Assembly (NCBI GenBank): GCA_030704615.1
Contig: CM060734.1
Span: 46,314,001 to 46,378,000, forward strand
From: Takakia lepidozioides
Lineage: Eukaryota > Plantae > Bryophyta
Length of the DNA stretch: 64,000 nucleotides
Reading direction: 5' to 3'
The notes under the pieces are model-generated. The model did not search any database. It was not told where the DNA came from and worked only from the letters and a program-made list of their open reading frames with translations. Shown here piece after piece: positions 11,201-21,674 of this stretch. Position 1 is the first letter of the stretch; the number at the start of each line of letters is the position of its first letter. The translations under genes and the position numbers were made by a program.

Positions 11201-13499
11201 TTCATGGCTTGGACCGTGGCGGGCCCAAGCTGTGTCTACACACCCGAGATGCAGAAACAATGGCATCCCGCGCATCTCGTTGGATGCCCGTGGTACCTGG
11301 ACATGTCTGGCGGTATTGTTGACGAGTCTGAGAAAGATCTGCACGCCTTGGCAGAAGAGAAGAGAAAGGAAAGACGTGTCCCTGCTGGGCCAAAGTCGGC
11401 AAAGGAATCTGCTGCTCTGGAAGAATCCAGAAAGGCAGCTGAGATGGCACAAAAGACGGTGGATGCAGCTGTGCAGGCCCAACAGAAGGGGTCGAAGAAG
11501 AGGACTCGCCAGCAAGGAGCAGCTGTTGTGACACCCGCCAAAACGAAGAAGCAGAAACAGCCTGTTCAGGAAGAGGGTGAGGAAGAGGACTCTGATGGAG
11601 ACTTTGCAACCAGCCCACCCCCCCAAACGCAGGCTGCCTCCCCTGTGCCCACCGTTGTCACGAGAGGCACGAGAACTGGCTCGGCAAAGAAGGCACTCTT
11701 CAACCCCCCAGGGGGGCACCCTTTCGAGCCGGTGGAAATGAAGAGGCCGAAAGTGGCTCCCGAAACAGTAGTCCAGTGTGTAAATGAGAGTTTCTTGGCG
11801 GCTTTGGATGGACGGGCAGCCAAGTTGGCATACATGAAGACCATGGAGGGTCTGAAGGGCAGAGCACTGAAGAAGGCGACTGCCGAAGAGCCTTCCGACA
11901 CCCCAGGATTTCAGAATATGGTCTCGTTCTTTGAGAGGGTGTGTGCAGACAAGGATTGTAGGAGGGGCAGAAATGCCACCGAGTGGTCTTGCGATATGAT
12001 CATCTTGGATATTCCGGACGGAGAGCCTGTGGAAGGACTGCAAGCTTTGCCATCTTGGAACAGGTACTCGGAGGACTTTTGGAAGAAAGGATTCGGGCTT
12101 GCCCGCATGGTGTTGGACGACAGAGGCTGTGTGGTTGTCCTGGCGAGCAGAGGAAAAAACACTCAGACAGGAATTGCGAAGTGGACCCGCAAGAGCGCCG
12201 TCCCGATTCTGAAAAAGAAGTGGATGTGCATCAACACACTGGGCCTTCGGTCGGAAGGGAAGAAGGTGATTACGACACTGGCACTCGTCCATTCATTTGC
12301 TTGGGTGTTTTCAAATGCGGTGCCGCATTCGGTTTCTAATCGTTCCCCCCTGTGTATGCAGACGAAGCAGTTCGATGCATACTGCTTTGTGAAGGAGAAC
12401 TCCACCTTTGCTTTCCGGAAGGAGGGAGGAAAGGTTGACCCGAACTGCGACCCCCTCGATTACGACGTTCTGTTCAACAACGTTCCCAAGGAACTTCTCC
12501 CTCATAGCCTCACTTCAACGGAACCCCTGCGGTACTCACGGACTCGGAGCCCTGCCTTCATTCAGACAATTATGGAGACATGCACAGACGTGGAGGGCAC
12601 AGTGCTCGACCTCATCTGTGGGACAGGTATGCAGAATCTTGATCTATGCTGTTCTGCAAATTCTCGTTAGGATGTAGTTCGCAACATCTGAAGCGCCATG
12701 TGGTAATGTGTGGATGGCATTGTAACAGGTGCCTCAATGTGGGCTGGGCGGTTTTCCGACCGGCACCTCTTTGCCTACGAGGAGGATTCATCCGTGTGGG
12801 GATCCCATCTGGAAGGGCTGCAACGGAATGTTAAGGCTCCCGACAGAGCGGAAGTCTCCTCGGATTCGTCGGAGTCCGAGGAAGACACAGTGGACATTGA
12901 TGCGGAGGAGAACCCGGAATACGAGTGAGTGCAAACATTGTAAGTTTGCCAAAGCCTTCTGGGTCATTTTTGTCAAACGAATTTCCCGACTGTGGTTCTC
13001 ATTAGTCTTGTTGATGATTGTCATGTGCAGGATTGCAGGGTCCGGGTCGAAACATGTAGGGCCTACACTTCCTGCCAGGAAGAATGTCCCGTTCTTTGCG
13101 AGGGCCGACTTCATGACGAGCCCGGTGAGGGACTACTCCCTTCCTAGTTATGCAGCTAAACTCGAGAATACAGCGATTAGAAGAAGTGAGAATCCCAGTA
13201 AAGTAGAGCAGATTTTGGAGAGGGCTAGGGAGGACAGAAGGATAAGGAAAGAGTTGGCAGCAGCTCAGACAGGTAGACGGGTACGAAAGTACATATGTGA
13301 TTCAGCGGATGAGAGCGACGCAGACAGGGAGGAAGACGACCCAACGGAGGTGAGATGGACAGTTCCGCAAGGGGAAGATGGGATTTTTGAAAGCCTGGCC
13401 AACGAGCAGTCCGCTGGAGATGAGAAAGGCACTGAGGGGGTGGAGGCGGAGCAGGACAGTCTAGAACAGGATGAGGATTCGGATGATTTTAAAGATTAA
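8290..13499 (+). CDS. Multi-exon gene: ParB/Srx-like domain + helical region + beta-class N6-adenine/N4-cytosine DNA methyltransferase-like domain + acidic tail
   Basis: 9104-9814: RIPLCRMV...FFVWDGNHRLLAWW (ParB/Srx motif). 11150-12670: CDMIILDIPDG (motif IV position), MVLDDRGCVVV, RSPAFIQTIMETCTDVEGTVLDLICGTG (motifs X-I), then G/ASMWAGRFSDRHLFAYEED. Short GT-AG introns at ~9812-9922, 10114-10213, 11000-11146, 12266-12361, 12627-12728, 12925-13030. The 5' exons are uncertain and may contain a frameshift. Confidence 0.82.
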
Positions 13500-13636
13500 T
13501 AGAATTTTAATGAAGTCTCTGTAAATGTAAATTCTCTTCCAGAGTATATAAAGGAAATTCTGCCCGACATTCGTGACCCCTCTCCAGTGTGCATTCCAGC
13601 CACACAATTGCCCAAACCACGACGCTCCCAAAATCA

Positions 13637-14437
13637 GAAATGGGGCACCGCATTTCCAAAATTTTGGCAACTCTAAGAACCTCTTTTGGAAATGCGGCAC
13701 CGCATTTCCAAAACAGGGGAGGGACTAAATTTTCCATTTCAATGTTGGCATAGTAAAAAGTAATCGGCCGATTGGAAATGCGGTGCCGCATTTCCAAAAT
13801 TTCCTTTGTCCACACGCCAGTTTTAGCCTCTCCCGCTCATTGCATGGATGCCACCACGCTTACAGAGGTCGAACAAGGAGGTCGAACAAGGAGGTCGAGA
13901 TGGCGGAATTGAAAATGCGGTGCCGCATTTCCATATTGGGGATGGTGGTTGTTCGAACTGCAGGCCCATCAGCAAAAATTGGCACCGCATTCCATTGTAA
14001 AAAAAAAGTCGATGACGGACATGGAAATGCGGCGCCGCATTTCCAGAACGGACATCGCAATTTGTCCATTTGCAGACCCTCTCACGGAAATGCGGTAACG
14101 CATTCCATCGCGCTGGTCGGAAATGTCACACTTTTCGAAGTGTTGGACGGAAATGCGGCACCGCATTCCCTTGTCCAAAAAGAAGTTTCCATTGCCAAGC
14201 TGGAAATGCGTCGCCGCATTTGCAATGCCAACCTCGTTGTCTGTCCAATTTATAGACCCGTGTTGGTATTTCGTGTACCTGGACGGAAATGATGCACCGC
14301 ATTTCATTGTCCGACACTGAAATGCGGTTCATACATTTCCATGTCGGCATGGAAATTCGGCACCGCATTTCCTTGTCCGACATGGAAATGCGGTGCCGCA
14401 TTTCCTTGTCCCACATGGAAATGTGGTGCCGCATTTC
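13637..14437. repeat. Array B: ~14 copies of the same GGAAATGCGGYRCCGCATTTCC palindrome
   Basis: Core starts at 13644, 13696, 13782, 13919, 13981, 14031, 14094, 14157, 14210, 14293, 14326, 14359, 14392, 14425. Confidence 0.9.
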
Positions 14438-14721
14438 AATGTCCGACATGGCGTTACTCTGGTATATTCTTGACACATGACTCACATACCGGTTACTCTG
14501 CTATATTCATCCGGACAGACACATTGTAGAAATGAGACATCAAATTGTAAACAGTGGGCCAATTCCGACAGTTATTCAACAGAATGAAACACAATCATAC
14601 AGAAGTGAGGTACGATGGGTTTATTGATCGGACAGGATGTCTCACATTTACCAACTGCAGACACTGGAAGAGCGGAGTGATCTGCACGTATATAGTTTTC
14701 CCCGGTGCCGTCCTCCCTGGT

Positions 14722-15024
14722 CTACTGGCAGCAGTTCCAGCGCCAAAGCGAGGCCGTGCGTGATCTGTCCGGCATCCCTTTCCAGCTTGGTATATCGAGG
14801 TCAACAATTTTCAGGACCCACGGACCGCATTGACCCTCGCCCTCACCTCGCTCAAAGCGGTAATAGCCCTCCAGATACTCCATTGCGCGCAAAGACTCTT
14901 GCTTGATTCCAACAGCGTCTGTGAAAACAGAGAGCCAGACAATGATGTCTCCTGATTCTGGTTTGAACATAGCATAATCGTGGCCATGATAAGGGCAGTC
15001 GGCTGGATTTCGGCGGCACGGCAT
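14722..15024 (-). pseudogene. Small cargo ORF of unknown function, paralog of 15581-16144, premature stop
   Basis: MPCRRNPADCPYHGHDYAMF...SGDIIVW...FERGE...PWVLKIVDLDIPS...RWNCCQ*. The stop aligns with W in the paralog, and similarity continues past it (TREDGTGENY). Confidence 0.7.
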
Positions 15025-15580
15025 CCTTGAAAAAGAGTAGCGGAGTACGTTCAATGACAGCAGCTCCCGGATGGAGGAGGAGCAGCGCGGTGGCTGGAAA
15101 AAGTTCAAGCTAACGCTGCAATTCCTCACAAACACTCCAGGGCACATTTAAATTTCCCCCCTACAGGATCCTGGACCGATGAAGATTGGCTGCTTCATGA
15201 ATGTAGCCGTTTCAGTTTCCTACCCTGCCATGCAAACTATGGGCACTCACTGCCAGGTGGGCCGATAGCCACTGGACACGACGAAGTCCATCCCCTCTTC
15301 GATGTAAATGCGGCGCCGAATTTCCATCCGGGGGGATGGACTTCGGTGGCAGATCTCAAACTATAATTTGTTGATGAGAAAGATGTATGGGTTCATCCAC
15401 CGCCGGCGTGATGAACACGTTCCACCTCCGTCGGTGGGTACGTGGGACCCAGATGCTCCATTATTGGAGGCCGGACTGCTCTTCCGCTTCGCATCATTTC
15501 CAAAATCTAAGGGCTTCGTAGCTGTCCGCAAGGTCATTGTCATCTGCATCCAAGTCGTCCTCAGGTCCTCCTTTGCAAGG

Positions 15581-16144
15581 ATGCCGTGCTTCCGGAACCG
15601 GGACGACTGCCCATTTGGAGGCATCGATTATGCAATGTATTCGGCCACATCGGGAGACATTGTTATCTGGTACACAGATTACAGAGAAGATACTGGTTCG
15701 ATTGTGGAAACATTGGTGGCTTTTGAGTATATCCTAGGCCACTACGCCTTCGAGCGGGGTGACGATCTTGGTTTGAGGAGTCCGTGGCTCCTGCGCATCC
15801 TCGATTCCGATTTTCCCAGCTACGACGGTCACCCATGCAGAAGAAGGCGCACTGCTATGCTGTTGCGGTGGAACTGCTGCCACTGGACGTGGGTGGACTC
15901 CATCGGAGAGACCTATTCTCCTCAAGGAGTGCGCTCCTCTTCTCCATTGTATGGGGACATTCGTATTGGTGTGGACGACGAAAACGTGAAGATTTCCATA
16001 TTCGATGGTGGTATGATTGAAGGGCAGGACATTGTGGTGAACATCACTAGGGGCGGTACAACGGCTGCAATCGACTTTACATGGAGGAGCCCCATGACTC
16101 ATGAGCTAGTTCTGAGAGCAGTCGAAGTCCCATTGACAACGTGA
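15581..16144 (+). CDS. Small cargo protein (~187 aa), unknown function
   Basis: MPCFRNRDDCPFGGIDYAMY...SGDIVIW...FERGD...PWLLRILDSDFPS...RWNCCHW. Protein-level conservation with the inverted paralog supports coding status. Confidence 0.7.
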   Translation: MPCFRNRDDCPFGGIDYAMYSATSGDIVIWYTDYREDTGSIVETLVAFEYILGHYAFERGDDLGLRSPWLLRILDSDFPSYDGHPCRRRRTAMLLRWNCCHWTWVDSIGETYSPQGVRSSSPLYGDIRIGVDDENVKISIFDGGMIEGQDIVVNITRGGTTAAIDFTWRSPMTHELVLRAVEVPLTT

Positions 16145-16499
16145 CTTGTATTCAGTAGGCACAGGGCTAAAGATTTGATTGCACAATCAGCACAGTAGAC
16201 GTGCTTCAAATGCAATTCATGTGGATCAATAAAAACCTCATTGTGCCCTCTTTTTATTCTATTCTGTGTCCATCGTTCCGAGAATGCGTCATTGCTCATT
16301 TCGTTTGGGATTGGGAGTGTGGGTGGATTTTGCAAGTGGTTGGTAGGCTGAAATGGGCCCCCATTGTACAGAACAGTACCACCCTACCATTCGCGAAACA
16401 TTGCCTTTCAATATATAATTCTAAATAACATTGCCGAACCTCCTTCATCGGGAGGTCCTTCTCCCCCTATGACCGTGGCACCCTAAACCCTATTCCCGC

Positions 16500-16607
16500 G
16501 GACACTCATTTCCGGAAAATAGTGCTGCTCATGTTTTTTTCCACACTTAAGACTCTGCTCATGGCTCATGCCGCTCATGGCTCATGGCTCATGAAATAGC
16601 AGCCCCC
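16500..16607 (-). repeat. Right TIR of element 1
   Basis: ...CTTAAGACTCTGCTCATGGCTCATGCCGCTCATGGCTCATGGCTCATGAAATAGCAGCCCCC, an imperfect reverse complement of the left end. Confidence 0.9.
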
Positions 16608-17322
16608 GTCACAACCCCACACAGGCCACAGCCCATCACAACCCCAAAGGCCACATGTCACAGCCTATCACAGCCCCCACGGCCACAGGTCACAGCCTGT
16701 TACAGCCCATCACAACCCCAAAGGCCACAGACACAGCCTGTCACAGCCCTACAAAGGTCACAGGGTCACAGCCCCGAAGGCCACAGCCTGTCACAACCCC
16801 TCACAGCCCTTCACAGCCCCATAGGCCACAGCCTGTCCCAGCCCACCACAGCCTGTCACAGCTCCTCACAGCCCGTCACAGCCCCACAGGCCACATGGCA
16901 CAGCCTGTCACAGCCCTACACAGGTCACAGGGGTCACAGCCCCAAAGGCCACAGCCCCTCACAGCCCGTCACAGCCCCACAGGCCACAGGGCACACCCTG
17001 TCACAACCCCTCACATCCCATCACAGCGTGTCACGCCGTCACATCCCACAGGCCACAGGACACAACCCACCACAGCCTATCACAGCCCATCACAGCCCCA
17101 CAGGGCACAGGGCACAGCCTGTCACAGCCCGCCACAGCCCATCACAGCCCATCACAGCCTGTCACAGCTCGCCACAGCCCCACAGGGCACAGCCTGTCAC
17201 AACCCCTCATAGCCTGTCACAGCCCCACAGGCCACAGGGCACAGCCTGTCACAGCCCCTCACAGCCCCTCACAGCCCCACAGGACAAAGGGCACAACCTG
17301 TCACAGCCCACCACAACCTGTC
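16608..17322. repeat. Degenerate CACAGCC/GTCACAGCC minisatellite of the interrupted retrotransposon leader
   Basis: Dozens of 7-11-bp CACAG-based units; same style as 1225-1310 and as the LTRs at 51.7 and 63.8 kb. Confidence 0.9.
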
Positions 17323-17439
17323 ACTTCAAGAGCCATGCTCTATCTAGGCTTGAGGTTGAACCCCAACTCAGAACACGCTCTATAAGTGTCGGACTGTCAC
17401 ATAAGAGTAGATCAGCCCCTTACCTTCTCTTCTAGTTCT

Positions 17440-17830
17440 CTAAAGCTTGAAAACAAAAAGCCCAATGGACCGAAGGCATGCTCCACACATGCCCCACTCT
17501 TACCACCAGAGAATCAGCCCCTTTGCTTTCTTTCTTGCACCCACCAACCTGAAAATACACGCTTCAGCGGGCTGGAAGCATGCTCCACACATGCCCTACA
17601 GGGAAACCAGCCCCTTCCTTCCTTTCTTGCACTCCCAAACCTGAAAGTACAAGCCTTCAACAGGCTGAAAGCATGCTCCACACATGCATTGTTCTCACAT
17701 AAGGGAAGTCAGCCCTTCCCTCTTCCTTGCTTGCCCTCCAAGCTTGAAGATGGAAGCTTCAATGAGCTGAATACATGCTCCACACATGTAACCTCTTCAC
17801 ACAAGAGGTATCAGCCCCCTATCTTGGCTC
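17440..17830. repeat. Four ~95-100-bp degenerate tandem units containing CATGCTCCACACATG and CAGCCCCT
   Basis: Motif at ~17477, 17579, 17672, 17775. Confidence 0.8.
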
Positions 17831-20800
17831 CTTAGCTCCTTGATGCTCTCTAAGACAAGACTAAGCACTTCACAGCCCTTGCCAAGCTCCTGAAACCCTA
17901 AGGCTTACATTTCCAGCCACAAGACACTCCTCTTGTGGTGCAAGAGCTCTTCTTCCAAGCTCTGAAACCCTAGGTGCACATTCCATGGCCTTGCCGCACC
18001 TCTTAGCTCTTGTTCTAGCCCTGCTCTTGCCATGACAAGAGCCCTCTCAATGCTGAAGCTCGAGATTGAAACCCAATCTCAACATACTTCACAAATTGCA
18101 CTGATTTGCCCCAAGCCAAATCAGCCCTTTCGCTTGGTCTTGCAATCTTGCAGCATGGTGCTTTCATCTCTGAAGCTGAAGATCGAATGCCAAGGTCTAC
18201 CACCTCGTAACCCACATCGCCTCTGCTTCTAACAACCAAGAGCTCCACGGTGCTCCTTGCATAACAACCTGGTTTCTCTCATTCTCAAGCAAAAACCACA
18301 AGTGCTACAACTAACTTGTATCTGGCACTCACAGATACGAGCTCATCTTTCTCGAGTGATAAAGAAGAAGAATACAAGCACAAGCTCATGCGAGCTCACA
18401 AAGCTGAAGCATAAACTCATGCATATATAACCTCATCACTCAAATACAAGTCAAGCCAAGTGCACCCCATGCCATGGGGAATCCACACTACGGCGCCATA
18501 GCTAGGCGCGGTGAGGCTCAACTCGAGAAAGATGAGCCTCCCGCGCTTGCCGTGAAGATAACCACTCCAGGGCCTAAATCTGCCTTGACCCCTGGATTGA
18601 CACTTGGGCCAATCCCAAATGTCAATATGTAAAAGCTAGCTATTTCCTAGCTAGTTTCACACTAGTGGTAAAATAACTTGACATCCACAAAAAGCCTAGC
18701 CTCCAGAAGTACATTTCTTCAGGAATATGCATACTCTTGTTGAGGTAAGAGATTTTATGAGCACTAATTCGCCATAGTATGTGCATACATATAAAGATCA
18801 AAAGATCACGGTGACGAGAAATTCAGACATCACAAAAATTGAGATATTGCGTGCGGTCGTCATTGTCCTGCATGACACCATTATGAAAAAGATGTGAAGC
18901 CTAGAAGAAATGAATTGAATAACACGAATGATGACAATTGGAAGTGTGCAGTGTCGCACACTTCCGCTAGATACCTGCAACTCGGATTATGATGTGAAGA
19001 AGGGTGGATATTTCATTCAAACATGATAGGTGTAGATGCATAAGAAGATAAATATGACCGAGCAAACAATATCTAATGAATACTAAGCCTCAAAACCCGG
19101 AGAAAGCTGGTAAAATCTTGTTGCCTGACCATAGGCATTCCCTTGAACTGCATGCTTCAATAGAAGGTTGGTTTGGAAGAGTGCGCCGACACACACTTCC
19201 GCTGGAAGCCTATGCCAAAAACCTTAAAATGAAGAAAACATAAAGCAACAAACGTAAAACAAAAGCCAAGTAGGAATAGCAGAAAGCACGAACGGCATGT
19301 CAAGTTGTAAAGAAAGTCTGAAACCAAGCAGAAAAAATCCTCGATGTAACCAAAATGCCCTGAACGTCATGGACACAAAAATGTGTGTTTGTAAGTGTGC
19401 GGTAGCGCACACTTCCGGCACCTGCATTAACACCACTATAGATGATCAGTCGTTTTGTATGCAGTACAAAGCTCCCGTGTATTTTTTCATTCGAATGTTG
19501 TTGCTCAAACTGATATCTCGATTATGTTTTCTTCATTACACAAGTTGCAAGTAGAAGGAGCTAGTTCGATCGACATTTTCTAGGTCATGACTTCATTTTC
19601 ATGCATTAAACTAATTTAATTGCAAGCCAATGATCATGTTGCTTTCTACAGACAATAGATTGCCGTTGCTTTACGAAGGGCACAAGCAAATTTGTCCATT
19701 TTGCAAAGCTACTATGGATGACATGGCTTCATCTCATCTTTGAGCTATTCCTAATGTCTGCACACCCATATTTTTGTTATCTGACTTGGTAATTTAGACA
19801 ATTGGATGGTCCACAATCATTCGGTATGATTAGCTAATTATTGTACATATATTTTCATTCGTTTATTTTCACAAATCTTCCAAGCTTGCTTTGGGAACTT
19901 TTCATCCTATATGTAGTTGTCTTATATCAGTTTGTAAAGAAAGCTCCAAGGTTTCGTCATTTTCAATTTGTCACAATTTTGACATGTCTATCCATTTGTA
20001 GGTTTTCTTACTGAGCTAATTTTCTAGTATGTTGAGCTATTCAATGTCGATATAAATAAAACTAGTACTGAAGCTTAATCTTAGGGCCCATCATTTATCC
20101 TCAACAAATTAAGAACTCAAGGTTATCTTCACTGGTTCATAATTCAACTAGGGATAACATTGCTCGATATCATGTCATATTGATGACTTGTTAGATAACC
20201 ATGGACATCTACCAGATAAGTTATAGGTCATCTGTGTTAATATATAGAACTGTTGCGGCATCTCCCGAGACTACTGTTGTATACTTTTAGTTTCCTACAA
20301 CATTGAATGTGTTGATGTGTTGACCTGGTGTTGACCAACGGTGCATCACAACCATTTGGTGCATGTTTGACTGATAACTAATCTACTTGGCTTTATAAAA
20401 AACTCTAATGAATGAGGCAATGATATATAATTTGGAGGAGTACACATTGGTGTATGACGATAAATGTATTAGGAAAGAGGCTTTGGATGGAATAATATTA
20501 GAGGTTTCCGTAAGTTTCTCCCTGATCTGTGGGAGATCCTGGTCTTCATTCCGACATTGCATCCTGAATTATGTATGCTTACACATACTATCCCCCCCAT
20601 GACATAAATAAGGGCCCCAAATTCTGGCAAGGGCTACTCCCGAAGGTCGAAAAATGGAGAGGATTGCAGCGGCCAATGGGGAGGGAGGTACCGGTGTTGG
20701 AATGGGTAAAATGTGAGGCCACATGTAGATGCTAGCATAGAAGTAGGAGGGTGGGTCCTCCTTCTAGTTCTAGTAGAGCTTTCCAGAAGTGATGGGGATG

Positions 20801-21643
20801 AGGCAGTGGGCCCCTTCTAGAAGACTCCACCACAGCCTTGAGACAATATATAAAGAGGGTGAGGGCTACAGGGTTTCTTTGGCCTCCACCTCACTTTGGT
20901 GGGATCTACAAGCAGAGCCCCCTTAAAATATATAAATTTCGATCGTAAACCATCTTCAAATGAATAGAAATAAGGAGGGAAGAATATATACATAATTGAG
21001 ATAGATCAGGTATCTCGTCCCCATGCACATCTCACAAGCATCAGAACAGTGACTAATTATAAGTCCACTAGTTCGTGACTTAGGTTAAATGGGCTTTCAA
21101 TAGTGCAGCCCATTTCCCAAGGCACTCAACAGAGGTTGTCCCATGGTATGTCTACAAAATGATTACATAGTAATTGTTAGTGGCAATAGGAACAGTACTA
21201 CTGTTCCACGAATCAACATCCCTGCTGCTACTTAAGTCCTTGGACTGGTCCCCCCCTCATTTGAAATTGTGTCCGCACAATTTTGTCAGTGCTTGTGCTT
21301 GTTCTGTCTCCTTGGGCGGATGTAGGGTGGTGGCATGCCCGTCTGCTAGTTGGGAGGTAATTCCCATGTCAGTGTCGGTGGCAGCTTCTTGTTCCTATTG
21401 TCGTCATTGTCTGGCGCCTCATGTGATATCCCATTCATGTAGACTTTTGATAGAAATTATTACATATAATCATAATATCCCCTAAATTTGTATCATAATA
21501 AAATAGAGAAAAATGCTGCGGCAATTTGAAGAGTCCTTTAATGCCGATACTCACACTGGGTGTTTTCCAACATTATGGACAATTAACTTTGCCCAACATC
21601 CTCGATTTGTTTAGTGACATCAATGACATCGATGGACTCACTC

Positions 21644-21672
<29 letters not shown>
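21644..21672. repeat. (GTT)n microsatellite
   Basis: Direct reading. Confidence 0.9.

Positions 21673-21674
<2 letters not shown>

Larger units (their letters stand above)
1311..16607. mobile_element. Complete Mutator-like DNA transposon (element 1, ~15.3 kb) carrying transposase, ParB-MTase gene, palindrome arrays and two small paralogous ORFs
   Basis: Imperfect TIRs: GAGGTTTACTATTTCATGAGC... vs reverse complement of right end GGGGGCTGCTATTTCATGAGC... Direct repeat GTCACAAC at 1303-1310 and 16608-16615 (extendable to 9-10 bp, CCGTCACAAC). MULE-type transposase inside. Confidence 0.92.
16608..18602 (-). mobile_element. Probable leader/LTR-side remainder of the left retrotransposon; outer boundary uncertain
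   Basis: Continuous with 160-1310 across the TSD. C/A-skewed repetitive non-coding DNA ends near 18600, where composition turns AT-rich. PBS-like TGGCGCCG on - strand at 18491-18498. Confidence 0.4.

Noticed and set aside
11075-12292. 405-aa minus-strand ORF
   Set aside because: Antisense shadow of the MTase exon; no motifs.
8290-13499. Bacterial or phage contamination as source of the ParB-MTase
   Set aside because: The gene has spliceosomal introns at positions shared by both elements and lies within a TSD-flanked eukaryotic transposon.
16584-17435. 283-aa and 185-aa Pro/His/Ser/Thr-rich ORFs
   Set aside because: Read-through of a stop-poor minisatellite.
20600-21131. Possible solo LTR (TATA-like TATATAAA, ends CAACA)
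   Set aside because: No TSD, clear 5' end or second copy in the window.
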